NCBI GenBank assembly: GCA_949293555.1
Contig: CASFDV010000001.1
Location: 238,605 to 302,604 of the forward strand
DNA from: an uncultured Bacillota bacterium
GTDB taxonomy: Bacteria; Bacillota_I; Bacilli_A; RFN20; CAG-826
DNA: 64,000 nt
Direction: 5' to 3'
A model generated the notes under the pieces. The model saw only the letters and a list, made by a program, of their open reading frames with translations. It was not told the DNA's origin and made no database searches. Both the position numbers and the translations under genes were made by a program. The number at the start of each line of letters is the position of its first letter. The first letter of the stretch is position 1. Shown here piece by piece: positions 1 to 8,425 of the stretch.

Positions 1-153
1 CGGAAGAGAACGATGTCCTTGAGAAGCGCTTCCTCTTGCATGGCTGCATTATGGGCGTTGGAAAACTCATTACCAACACATTGGGCGATATGCAATCGCT
101 TTCATCAACGGAGGGAGGAATTCGCCTTTCCGCTTCTATAAAATCACAGGTGT

Positions 154-636
154 ATGAGAACAATGATTCTCCTCAGCGCGCTCCCCGGGAGCGGGAAGAG
201 CACCTGGGCGGCCAAATACCAGAGGGCGAATCCAAGAACCAAGATCGTCTCTTCCGACTCCATCCGGGAAGAGCTTTTCGGGAAAGCGCAGGACTTCCGG
301 GACGAGGGGCTCGTCTGGAAGACGTTCCTTGAGAGGCTGAACCGCTACGGGGCGGAGGACGAGAACGCGACGGTCATCGCCGACGCCACGAACCTCCAGA
401 ACAAGTACCGGGAGATGTACGCGAAGGAGACCCCGGTCTTCGACCGCCATGTGCTTGTCTTTTTCGACATGCCCTTCGAGACCTGCTGCCGGCAAAACCG
501 CATGCGCGAGGAGGGCCGGATCGTCCCTGAGAACGTCATGGAGAGGTTCAGGGAGGAGTTCGAGCCGATCTCGGATGAAGTGAGGGCGCTTTACGACGAA
601 GTGGTCGTCGTCCGCGACTTCTCCCCCATCTACTAA
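154..636 (+). CDS. Stand-alone P-loop kinase resembling the kinase domain of T4 polynucleotide kinase (AAA_33-type ATPase)
   Basis: 160-aa ORF. It has an N-terminal Walker A (LLSALPGSGKSTWA), then SSDSIREEL (Asp region) and VIADATNL...R, collinear with the T4 Pnk kinase domain as I recall it. No phosphatase domain. An alternative ATG at 163 has AGGTG about 10 nt upstream. Confidence 0.7.
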   Translation: MRTMILLSALPGSGKSTWAAKYQRANPRTKIVSSDSIREELFGKAQDFRDEGLVWKTFLERLNRYGAEDENATVIADATNLQNKYREMYAKETPVFDRHVLVFFDMPFETCCRQNRMREEGRIVPENVMERFREEFEPISDEVRALYDEVVVVRDFSPIY

Positions 637-650
637 TTACGATCGAACGA

Positions 651-678
651 AAAACGGGAGGCTTGGACCTCCCGTTTT
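651..678. terminator. Bidirectional stem-loop between convergent genes
   Basis: AAAACGGGAGG-cttgga-CCTCCCGTTTT: an 11-bp perfect stem flanked by A/T runs, between the stops at 636 and 691. Confidence 0.6.
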
Positions 679-690
679 CAATAGCCTTCC

Positions 691-1665
691 CTAGGCCTTA
701 TGGCGGACGGAAGGCCTCTTCTCGCCCTTTCCGGAGAGGAGGATCGCGGCAAGGCCCCCACCGATGAGGCAGGCGGCGGCGATCACCGACATGACGCCAT
801 AGCCGAGCCCAGGGTACTGGAAGCCGTTCTCGACGTTGAGAAGCCCGATGAGGTGGTAGCGGTAGTCGGCCTGCCAGATGAACTCAAGGGAGGCGTGCGT
901 GAGGAACGTGACGGAAACGACGATCATCGCGGCGCCGAGGAAAATCGTCCCGAGCTGCATCTTCTTCGGGGAAGCCTCCTTCTTCGGGAGAAGGAGTCCG
1001 CCGGCAAGGAGGAGTCCGCCCGCGATGGCGGCAGGGATGACAATCGCGATGAGCTGGTAGAGGAAGGGCATCGTCTTGGCGTCCCAGCTCCTGGCGGTGA
1101 GGCCGATCAGCGAGAAAAGGGAGTCGAGGGCAAGGGTGATCATCACGACCGCGCCTCCCAGCAGCAGGGATTTCAGGAGGGGCGAGTAGTCGCGCCCGTC
1201 GTACATCCTGACCATCGGGATGTTCGTCGCGATGAGAAGGACGATGGAGACGAGGACACACATGACGATCGGGAAGGCGATGTCGGCGTTATTGGACCCC
1301 TTCATGGCATCGAAGAGGACGGAGCCGTCGAGGAAGAGGGTGATCGCCCCGATCCACCCTTCTGTGATGAAGCAGGTGAGGGAAGAACGGACTGCCTCGT
1401 CGGAATCCTTCCCGCCGGAAATGGACATCAAGGCCTTGTAGGTTCCAAACCCGGAGATAAGGAAGAAGGAGATGCCGATGACGGCTAGCTCCAGATAAAG
1501 GTAGTAGCTAGCCTGGAAAAGCCCGCTGGAGAACTGGTAGGGGTTGGTAGTGAAGGCGAAGGGAACGACGAAGAAGGCGAAATAGATCCCCATGGCGCCG
1601 AACCCCAGGGTCATCAGACCATGGAAGACTAGGCTAAGAACCTTGGAAGTGTTTGTGTACTTCAT
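691..1665 (-). CDS. Multi-pass membrane protein, unknown family
   Basis: 324-aa ORF with about 8 hydrophobic segments. ATG start with GAGG upstream. No motif recognised. Confidence 0.65.
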   Translation of the reverse strand: MKYTNTSKVLSLVFHGLMTLGFGAMGIYFAFFVVPFAFTTNPYQFSSGLFQASYYLYLELAVIGISFFLISGFGTYKALMSISGGKDSDEAVRSSLTCFITEGWIGAITLFLDGSVLFDAMKGSNNADIAFPIVMCVLVSIVLLIATNIPMVRMYDGRDYSPLLKSLLLGGAVVMITLALDSLFSLIGLTARSWDAKTMPFLYQLIAIVIPAAIAGGLLLAGGLLLPKKEASPKKMQLGTIFLGAAMIVVSVTFLTHASLEFIWQADYRYHLIGLLNVENGFQYPGLGYGVMSVIAAACLIGGGLAAILLSGKGEKRPSVRHKA

Positions 1666-1777
1666 GCAAAGACCTCGATGATGTAGTCGCCCTCAGTCGA
1701 GTGGCGCACGCGTATTTAAGGACATCGCACCCTGCTAGTCAACGAAGAGATAAGGGTTGCTCTCTTTAGAGAGCAGC

Positions 1778-2932
1778 TCAGTGGATCTCGGATAGGAGCG
1801 ATTCAGCAAGCTTCAGCGCGGACATAAGGGCAAAGGACAAATTGAAACCCCCGCAAATCCCGTCTATATCAAGAAGCTCGCCAATGAATGAAACGTGGTT
1901 TTCCCGAATTGACCGGAAATCTGTAGAGATTTCGCTCGTCTTGATCCCTCCGAGAGTAACGGTGCTCTCCTCGTAGCCTCCGTTCCCCGCCCAATGGAAC
2001 GGGATGGATTCGATCAGGGTCTCAAGGGCGACGCCAGTCCTTCTTGATCGTTCCAGGAGATAGGAAGCGAACGAAGGCACGAAGATGGATTCCAGGTAAT
2101 GGCCAGGCGAGGATTTCTTCCAGCACGAAAGCATCGCCGCCCTGTCCCCTTTGAGGAACGGGAGAGGGATGATTTCAAGAACTGGGTCGGAAAGGCTCCT
2201 CCTCGCGATATAGGAGGACATGTTGAAGATGACGATCCCGGAGAGCCCGTCCTTCCGGAAGAGGACCTCGCCTTCCTCCTCGAAGACCAACTGCTTTTGC
2301 TCAAGTAGGCGCACGAGGGCCTTTATCCTCGTTCCCGAAATGGACTTGAGCCCTTCCTTCTCCTCGACGAGGACGGGCGTGAGCCCTGGGCGCATCTCGG
2401 CGATCCCATAGCCATGCTCCAGGAACACCTTCAAAAGGGAGCCGTCGCTTCCGAACTTCGGAGCGCTCATGCCCCCGGTGGCGAACACCACCTCGTCGAA
2501 CCGTTCCCGGATGCCGTCATGGAAGAGGGCGACCCCTTCCTCGTCCGGCCTGTAGCCCCCTATCTTGGAACCAAGGCGGATTTCCGCGTCCAGCGAACCC
2601 CGGAGATAATTCCCGAAGGCGATTGCAGAAAGGCTTGCGGGATAGACATATTCCCCTATCTCATAAAGAGGAACGCCCCAGTCCTTCTCGACGACCTCGC
2701 GGAGCCGCGAATAAGGAAACTCCTCGATGAGCGGGGCGAGGAAGGAAGGGTTGTTGTAGGCATTCGCGGAAAGCCCCTTGTTCAAGAGGTTGCACCGCCC
2801 GTTCCCCGTGGCCATGAGCTTTTTCCCGACGGATTCCTTGTGTTCGAATAGGACGACATCAAGTCCTTTATGGGAGAGCGCCCTTGCCAGGAAAAGTCCC
2901 GAGGCCCCCGCGCCGACGATCGCAATCCTCAT
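1778..2932 (-). CDS. BaiN/YhiN (HI0933-like) NAD(P)/FAD-dependent oxidoreductase
   Basis: MRIAIVGAGASGLF dinucleotide-binding motif plus GKKLMATGNGRCNLLN. The start was trimmed from 3076 to ATG 2932, because the longer ORF overlaps the upstream gene and the Rossmann motif must be N-terminal. 384 aa. Confidence 0.85.
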   Translation of the reverse strand: MRIAIVGAGASGLFLARALSHKGLDVVLFEHKESVGKKLMATGNGRCNLLNKGLSANAYNNPSFLAPLIEEFPYSRLREVVEKDWGVPLYEIGEYVYPASLSAIAFGNYLRGSLDAEIRLGSKIGGYRPDEEGVALFHDGIRERFDEVVFATGGMSAPKFGSDGSLLKVFLEHGYGIAEMRPGLTPVLVEEKEGLKSISGTRIKALVRLLEQKQLVFEEEGEVLFRKDGLSGIVIFNMSSYIARRSLSDPVLEIIPLPFLKGDRAAMLSCWKKSSPGHYLESIFVPSFASYLLERSRRTGVALETLIESIPFHWAGNGGYEESTVTLGGIKTSEISTDFRSIRENHVSFIGELLDIDGICGGFNLSFALMSALKLAESLLSEIH

Positions 2933-2939
2933 GGAGGGG

Positions 2940-2945
2940 ATTATA
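2940..2945 (-). promoter_or_regulatory. -10 box TATAAT, 7 nt upstream of ATG 2932 (leaderless-type)
   Basis: The minus strand reads TATAAT-CCCCTCC-ATG. No SD. Confidence 0.45.
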
Positions 2946-3002
2946 GGGAAGAAGCGATGAAGAAAAAGGGCGGACGAGCCGCCCTGATCCAAGGTCTTGG
3001 GG

Positions 3003-3974
3003 CTAGTTCCCTTCCTTACCCTTCTTGACGAGCTCGGGGTGCTCCTTGTCGAATGCCTCAAGCTCCTCGTAGACAATCCGCCAGCCGGTGCCGACGTCCG
3101 CCTTCTTCTTCCCGGGGCCGAAGAGCCGCTCGAGCTCCTCGCGGAAGATCGTGCGGAAGTTTCCGACGGTCACCAAGGGTTCCTTCACAGGGGCGGGAAC
3201 GCTCGTGGCATCCCCGTCCTTGGAGGAGGCGGGCTCCTCCTTTTGGGAAGCAGGCTGGCTGGACTCCTCCGCCGGAATATCGAGTTCGACGGGATGGAAC
3301 GTCTCTTCTTCGTTCTTCGGGGCGCGGAAGATGACCAGCTTCCTCGTGACGTAGTTGTAGACCATGGTGACGACGGTCTTGACGCAGAAGATGACGACGA
3401 AGGCCCAGAACGCCTCGCCGATGACCCCTCCTGCGAGCACGCCGTCGAAGGCATTCACGATATTGAGCGAGAGATTCTCGATGCCGAGGTAGCTCTGGCA
3501 GATCCAGACCCCAAGTTCCTGGAGCCCGACCCCGATGAGCCACCCGCCGGCGCCAAGGGCCAGATAGATCAGGAATGCCTTACCCGACTTCGTGTCGGCC
3601 TTCTCGTCCACGTTCTGGAACACGAAGAAGCGGGAGAAGAGGAAGTTGACCGCGTTCGCGACCAGGAATGCCACCGTCACGGCAATCGCGAAGGCAACGT
3701 AGCTCCCCCATCCTTCATAGGTCGAAAGATTATTCTCGAAAATCCAGAAGAAGAGCATCTGGACGAGGAAGTCGATGATCGTGCAGATGACTCCTACGAT
3801 CACGAAACGAAGGATCTCGCGGGAAAGGGATTTCTTCTTGCGTTCCTTTTCCTCCTTGCGGACGTTCTCAGCGCTGCGCGCCTCGTATGAGGCCGTCTGC
3901 GCCTGCTCCTCGACGGTCATGCCCTCCCGTTCCTTGTCGGAAAGGACGATAGGATTCTTGCTTTTCCTGCCCAT
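3003..3974 (-). CDS. GtrA-family membrane protein with charged N- and C-terminal extensions
   Basis: The core (ILRFVIVGVICTIIDFLVQ... 4 TM) looks GtrA-like. It has a Lys/Glu-rich N-terminal segment of about 55 aa and a C-terminal tail of about 120 aa. The start was set to ATG 3974 (MGRKSK). Confidence 0.7.
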   Translation of the reverse strand: MGRKSKNPIVLSDKEREGMTVEEQAQTASYEARSAENVRKEEKERKKKSLSREILRFVIVGVICTIIDFLVQMLFFWIFENNLSTYEGWGSYVAFAIAVTVAFLVANAVNFLFSRFFVFQNVDEKADTKSGKAFLIYLALGAGGWLIGVGLQELGVWICQSYLGIENLSLNIVNAFDGVLAGGVIGEAFWAFVVIFCVKTVVTMVYNYVTRKLVIFRAPKNEEETFHPVELDIPAEESSQPASQKEEPASSKDGDATSVPAPVKEPLVTVGNFRTIFREELERLFGPGKKKADVGTGWRIVYEELEAFDKEHPELVKKGKEGN

Positions 3975-3980
3975 GTCGCG

Positions 3981-3986
3981 ATTGTA
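3981..3986 (-). promoter_or_regulatory. -10 box TACAAT, 6 nt upstream of ATG 3974 (leaderless-type)
   Basis: The minus strand reads TACAAT-CGCGAC-ATG. Confidence 0.45.
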
Positions 3987-4016
3987 GCACGGGCGCGGGA
4001 AAGACACACCAAAACG

Positions 4017-5678
4017 TCAAAGCGCTTCCACTACCTTGAGGAGGAAGGAAGCGTTCATGTCGCTCGGGAAGCGATAGCCGGACCCACCTAGGAAGAATCG
4101 GACGAGCTTCGGTCCGTCGCAAAGGCAGTTCCGCTTGAAGGACTGGTTCACGAACCTTCCTATGAAAAGCTTAAGCCACCGCTTCAATTCCTTCGAATCG
4201 TATGCGTTCGCGAAGGTTTTGCAGGCTTTCTCGTAGATTGTCGCAATTGGAACGCACGAAAGGAAGCCATAGAGGAAATAGTCCATCACCTCGTAGGGGC
4301 CAAGGGCTTCCTCGGTCTTCTGGGCGATGGAGCCTTCCTTGTCCGTCGGAAGAAGCTCCGGCGAAACTGGGGTGCCGATGATGGAACGAACCGCCTCCTC
4401 GAACTCTGGGTGGAGCTTCGCATAGCCGAGGCAAAGGTAGCGGACCATGGTCTTCGGAACGCCCGCGTTCGTGTCGTACATGGAAAGATGGTCGCCTCCG
4501 AAGGTCGTCCACCCGAGGGCAAGCTCCGACATGTCCCCTGTCCCGACCATCAGTGCGCCGATGTCGTTTGCGATATCCATGAGCACCTGGGTGCGTTCCC
4601 TCGCCTGGGCGTTTTCGAAAGCGCTATTGGTGATGGAGGGATCGTGCCCGATATCCTTGAAATGCTGGAGCACGCTTGCCTTGATGGAAATCTCATTGAC
4701 AGGGATTCCGGAAGCCTTGGATAAGAGGCTGATGTTCCCAAGCGTAGTCCTCGAAGTCCCGAAGCAAGGGAGGGAATAGAGCAGAACATGATCCTTGAGG
4801 TCTCCGTTTTCCAGCCCCATAGATAGTTTCTTTTTGCGGAATGCCTCAAGGGCGACGAAGAGGGTAAGGGCGGAGTCGAGACCTCCGGATAGGCCCAACA
4901 CCACTTTGTCGGACCCGATCCTTTCCAGCCTCTTGGCAAGTGAGTCCGAGAGGATGGAGAAGGCATCCGCGACGTCCTTCAGGACAATGTTCTCGTAGGT
5001 GCCTCCATGGGGGATGAAAGGGAGCGCGGGGGGCGTTTCCTCCGATTCAAAATCCGAATAGGGAGAGGCCACATCCGAAGAATCTTCCTTCCAATGATAA
5101 GTGATACGGACGGAGCGAATTCTGCGACTACCCATAGGAACGCTAGGAATATTCGAATAAATCTGCCCGCTATAAGAGCCTTTGCCCGAACTTTCCCCGG
5201 CATCTTTCCCAATAACCACGAATGGAAGTTCCGCACGGGAAAGGAAGACCTCTTCCTTGCCGAGGTAGTCGGGCTCCTGGTCGAACGCTACCAAAAGCGC
5301 TTGCTCGTTCTTTTCCCCAAAGTTAACGATCATCGCAGGCATTCCGGCTTCGCCTTGGATGGAGGTCTCGCCCACACGCTTGCCGTTCTGATAGACAATC
5401 GCGACCCCGTCCTCAAGGTGAGGGAAGATGCTCAATCCATCCTTGCACGGCATGGCCAGGGACAGCGCTCTCTCGGCCCTTTCCCTCGCTTCCTGGAAAT
5501 CGGGATTCAGCCCGAGGTGCCCGATGTCCCCGAGGATCGCGTCCGCCGGGTAGATTAGGGTCGACCCATCCGGGAAACAAACCTCTTTGAGGAGGGCGGA
5601 AAACTCTTCCACGGTCTTCTGAGGCTCCCCAAGGTGAAGCCTCGGCATCGCGACGTAAACAACAAAGTTCTTTCCCAT
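4017..5678 (-). CDS. nadE: NAD+ synthase (long form, PP-loop ATPase domain plus N-terminal CN-hydrolase-like domain that looks degenerate)
   Basis: 553 aa. PP-loop GLSGGLDSALTL. The C-terminal NadE-type sequence is GDMSELALGWTTFGGDH. The N-terminal ~230 aa lack a recognisable PE..GY Glu and ICED-type Cys. Confidence 0.85.
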   Translation of the reverse strand: MGKNFVVYVAMPRLHLGEPQKTVEEFSALLKEVCFPDGSTLIYPADAILGDIGHLGLNPDFQEARERAERALSLAMPCKDGLSIFPHLEDGVAIVYQNGKRVGETSIQGEAGMPAMIVNFGEKNEQALLVAFDQEPDYLGKEEVFLSRAELPFVVIGKDAGESSGKGSYSGQIYSNIPSVPMGSRRIRSVRITYHWKEDSSDVASPYSDFESEETPPALPFIPHGGTYENIVLKDVADAFSILSDSLAKRLERIGSDKVVLGLSGGLDSALTLFVALEAFRKKKLSMGLENGDLKDHVLLYSLPCFGTSRTTLGNISLLSKASGIPVNEISIKASVLQHFKDIGHDPSITNSAFENAQARERTQVLMDIANDIGALMVGTGDMSELALGWTTFGGDHLSMYDTNAGVPKTMVRYLCLGYAKLHPEFEEAVRSIIGTPVSPELLPTDKEGSIAQKTEEALGPYEVMDYFLYGFLSCVPIATIYEKACKTFANAYDSKELKRWLKLFIGRFVNQSFKRNCLCDGPKLVRFFLGGSGYRFPSDMNASFLLKVVEAL

Positions 5679-5736
5679 GGCGAAAACGATATACCAGCAG
5701 AGATTATGCGATGAAAGTTTTTGTGAAATGGGGCTC

Positions 5737-5742
5737 TATAAT
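5737..5742 (+). promoter_or_regulatory. -10 box TATAAT, 6 nt upstream of ATG 5749 (leaderless-type)
   Basis: TATAAT-CGCCGC-ATG. Confidence 0.45.
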
Positions 5743-5748
5743 CGCCGC

Positions 5749-6621
5749 ATGAGAAAAGCGGCATGCGTCCTCAATGCGTATAAGGTCCTCCCGGGCTTGG
5801 AAAACTTCTACTTCCGGATGAAGGAGGAGCTCCTTGCCTTTGGCTATGAACTCGAAGCCCACAGGAACAAGGAGCTGCTTACTTATCTCGGGAGAGAGGC
5901 AAGGATCACGTCCCTCGGGAAGGAGAACGCCTTCGTCCTTTATCTCGACAAGGACCACTATGTATCGCATGGCCTTGAGAAAGCAGGCTTCCGTCTCTTC
6001 GACAGCGCATCCTCGATCGAGATCTGCGACGACAAGGCGAAGACTTACCTAGCCATTGAAGGAACGGGAATACGGATCCCGAAGACAATCACGGGGCCTT
6101 TGACCTATAGCGAAAACATCCAGGACGACTTCCCCCGCCGGGTCGTCGAGGAACTGGGCCTCCCCTTGGTCGCGAAGCTTTCCTATGGCTCGATGGGCAA
6201 TTCCGTCTTCCTCCTAAGCACGTCGGAGGAAGTCGCTCGCTTCGAAATGGAAAACCGCTACATGCTCAGGCTCTATCAGGAATGGGTCCGGAAAGAGCCG
6301 GGCATCGACTATCGCCTCATCGTGATTGGCGGGAAATGCGTCGCCGCCATGCGCAGGGAAAACCCGGATGACTTCCGGAGCAACCTGGCGCAAGGAGGCC
6401 ACGGGATCGCGATCGAGCCCGAACCTTCCTTCGTGGAAGTCGCGGAAAAGGCCGCCAAGGCAATCGGCCTCAACTACTGCGGGGTCGACCTTCTGAGAGG
6501 AGAGGACGGAGGACCGCTTCTTTGCGAGGTGAACAGCAACGCCTTCCTCCAAGGAATCGAAAAGGCCACGTCCGTGAACGTGGCCGGCATCTACGCCCGA
6601 CACATCGCGAAAGAGCTTTAG
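5749..6621 (+). CDS. RimK-type ATP-grasp ligase
   Basis: 290 aa from ATG 5749. It shows an ATP-grasp pattern (LPLVAKLSYGSMGNSVFL, YRLIVIGGKCVAAMRR, YCGVDLL...LCEVNSNA). Confidence 0.8.
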   Translation: MRKAACVLNAYKVLPGLENFYFRMKEELLAFGYELEAHRNKELLTYLGREARITSLGKENAFVLYLDKDHYVSHGLEKAGFRLFDSASSIEICDDKAKTYLAIEGTGIRIPKTITGPLTYSENIQDDFPRRVVEELGLPLVAKLSYGSMGNSVFLLSTSEEVARFEMENRYMLRLYQEWVRKEPGIDYRLIVIGGKCVAAMRRENPDDFRSNLAQGGHGIAIEPEPSFVEVAEKAAKAIGLNYCGVDLLRGEDGGPLLCEVNSNAFLQGIEKATSVNVAGIYARHIAKEL

Positions 6622-7718
6622 GAACCCTTCTTGCCTAGGAGCGAGTATTCCAGAACGGCCCAGCGGAGCACATGGCGGTCGTTATCGTGGGTGAGGCATC
6701 TCCATGCGTCCTCAGGGTCCAGCCAATGGATGGAGGAGACTTCCTCCTTCTGCGGCCGTTCCTCGCCACCTAGGCTCCGCCCGATGAAGAAGGTCACTCT
6801 CTTGGCCTTCCCAGGGTATGGCGAGTACTCGATCGAGGTAGTCTTCGGAGACAAAATCTCAAGTTTGAGACCGGTTTCCTCAAGGATTTCGCGTTTCGCG
6901 GTCTCTTCCGGAGATTGATCGAAAGATTCCACGTGTCCCTTTGGAAGGGAGAAATGGCCGAGCATCATCCGTTCCACGAGAACCTTCCCTTCCTCATCGA
7001 ACAGGACCGCGCCATAGGAACGCTCCTGCTTCCCGAGGCAGTTCTTGAGGAGGCGAATATCGTCCTCCCCCATCATCAAGAAGTCCTCAAGATAGGAATC
7101 AAGGGAGCCATAAACGTCGATGAACCGCCCCCAAACCTCTTTCATGAAGAGGGCGTCTGGATCCATCACCGCCTTAGGGAAATCGGGATTCCTCTCCAAG
7201 GAATGCGCCCTCAGCTTCCCGAGGTAGGCAGGGCTCACGAGGTAATCCGCGTTCGCGTCCTCGAACGAGACGCCGTTCGCCAGCAGGGTCAGAAAAACAA
7301 AAACGCCGGTCCTGTCCTTCCCGGCGACGCAGTGCAGGATGAGCGGCTTCTCGACATGGGCGATCGCCATGAGGATCATGCGGGCCTGGCGGGGCTCCTC
7401 GAGCATCTCGAGATAGCTCTCGACCATGTCCTCCCTGTCTTTGGCAAGCCTTCCGTTCCCATTGACCGAAAGGGAATAGTGGGCAATGCCCTCGATATCC
7501 CTCGTCCGATCCGGATAGTTCGCCTTGACCTCATCGCTCCTGAGGTCGATGACGGAGCGGATGCCGAGTGCCTCGATCGCCCGAAGGTCGGCATCCGTCG
7601 CGTCGCTCAAGGAGCCGGAGCGATAAAGCACTCCGCACTCCGTGGGGCCATAGGAGGCCTGGTAGCCTCCTACGTCCCGGAAATTCTCAATGCCTTCGAA
7701 GGAGAGTCTCCGGAGCAT
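6618..7718 (-). CDS. Fusion protein: Cys-based (CX5R) tyrosine/dual-specificity-type phosphatase domain + C-terminal Nudix hydrolase domain
   Basis: 366 aa. The signature HCVAGKDRTG is at aa 129-138 (nt ~7026-7718). The Nudix box GHVESFDQSPEETAKREILEETGL is at aa ~261-283 (nt ~6621-7025). The start ATG overlaps the mscL stop (TGATG). Confidence 0.8.
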   Translation of the reverse strand: MLRRLSFEGIENFRDVGGYQASYGPTECGVLYRSGSLSDATDADLRAIEALGIRSVIDLRSDEVKANYPDRTRDIEGIAHYSLSVNGNGRLAKDREDMVESYLEMLEEPRQARMILMAIAHVEKPLILHCVAGKDRTGVFVFLTLLANGVSFEDANADYLVSPAYLGKLRAHSLERNPDFPKAVMDPDALFMKEVWGRFIDVYGSLDSYLEDFLMMGEDDIRLLKNCLGKQERSYGAVLFDEEGKVLVERMMLGHFSLPKGHVESFDQSPEETAKREILEETGLKLEILSPKTTSIEYSPYPGKAKRVTFFIGRSLGGEERPQKEEVSSIHWLDPEDAWRCLTHDNDRHVLRWAVLEYSLLGKKGS

Positions 7719-8425
7719 CAGGCCTTCTTCTCGGCGGAAGGAGCGGCCTCTCCCCCGTTCTGCTTCTGGAGTTCGACGAGGATACCCTTGAGGATGTCCT
7801 TCTCAGTGGGCTCGGGCTTCCCGGGCTCGGGCGGGACGGGACGTTCCTCGGGGTGGGCGAGGTAGTAGCGCTCCAGCGCCTCGGCGGCGAGCTTCTCCTT
7901 CTGGGCCTTCAGGTAGTTGTAGACCTTGACGATGACGAAGAGGGTCAGTCCGACGAGGACGAAGGTGATGACCGCATTGATGAAGGCGCCCCAGTCGATG
8001 ATCGCGGCCCCGTTGTAGTAGTAGGAGGTGCCGTGCTGGGTGTAGCTGGAGGTGAAGACGGTGACGTTCGCGCCGGCCTCGGTCAGCTCATTGACCTTGT
8101 CGAGGAACTCGGCCCCGGTGTAGCTGGCCTGCCAGGACAGGTCGACGTTGGTGGGATCCTGACCGGCGCTGACCGGCGGAAGGACGGTGACGAGCCCGGC
8201 AAGTCCGCCCGGGACGGCCCAGGTGCAGATGGAGAGCAGGATGTTGGTCAGCGCGGTGACGATCGCGTTGAACACCCCGCCGATGACGACGCCGATGGCG
8301 AGGTCCATCGCGTTGCCGCGGTTGAGGAACGCCTTGAACTCCTTCCAGAGCTTCCAGCCCCTCTTCTTCCGCTTCGTCTTCTTCTCAGGCTCGGCGGCTT
8401 TCACTTCGTTTTCTTTCTCAGCCAT
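7718..8425 (-). CDS. mscL: Large-conductance mechanosensitive channel MscL, enlarged (235 aa)
   Basis: FKAFLNRGNAMDLAIGVVIGGVFNAIV is the MscL TM1 signature. There is a Lys-rich N-terminal extension, a loop of about 80 aa between TM1 and TM2, and a C-terminal tail of about 60 aa. TATAAT plus SD lie upstream. Confidence 0.85.
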   Translation of the reverse strand: MAEKENEVKAAEPEKKTKRKKRGWKLWKEFKAFLNRGNAMDLAIGVVIGGVFNAIVTALTNILLSICTWAVPGGLAGLVTVLPPVSAGQDPTNVDLSWQASYTGAEFLDKVNELTEAGANVTVFTSSYTQHGTSYYYNGAAIIDWGAFINAVITFVLVGLTLFVIVKVYNYLKAQKEKLAAEALERYYLAHPEERPVPPEPGKPEPTEKDILKGILVELQKQNGGEAAPSAEKKA

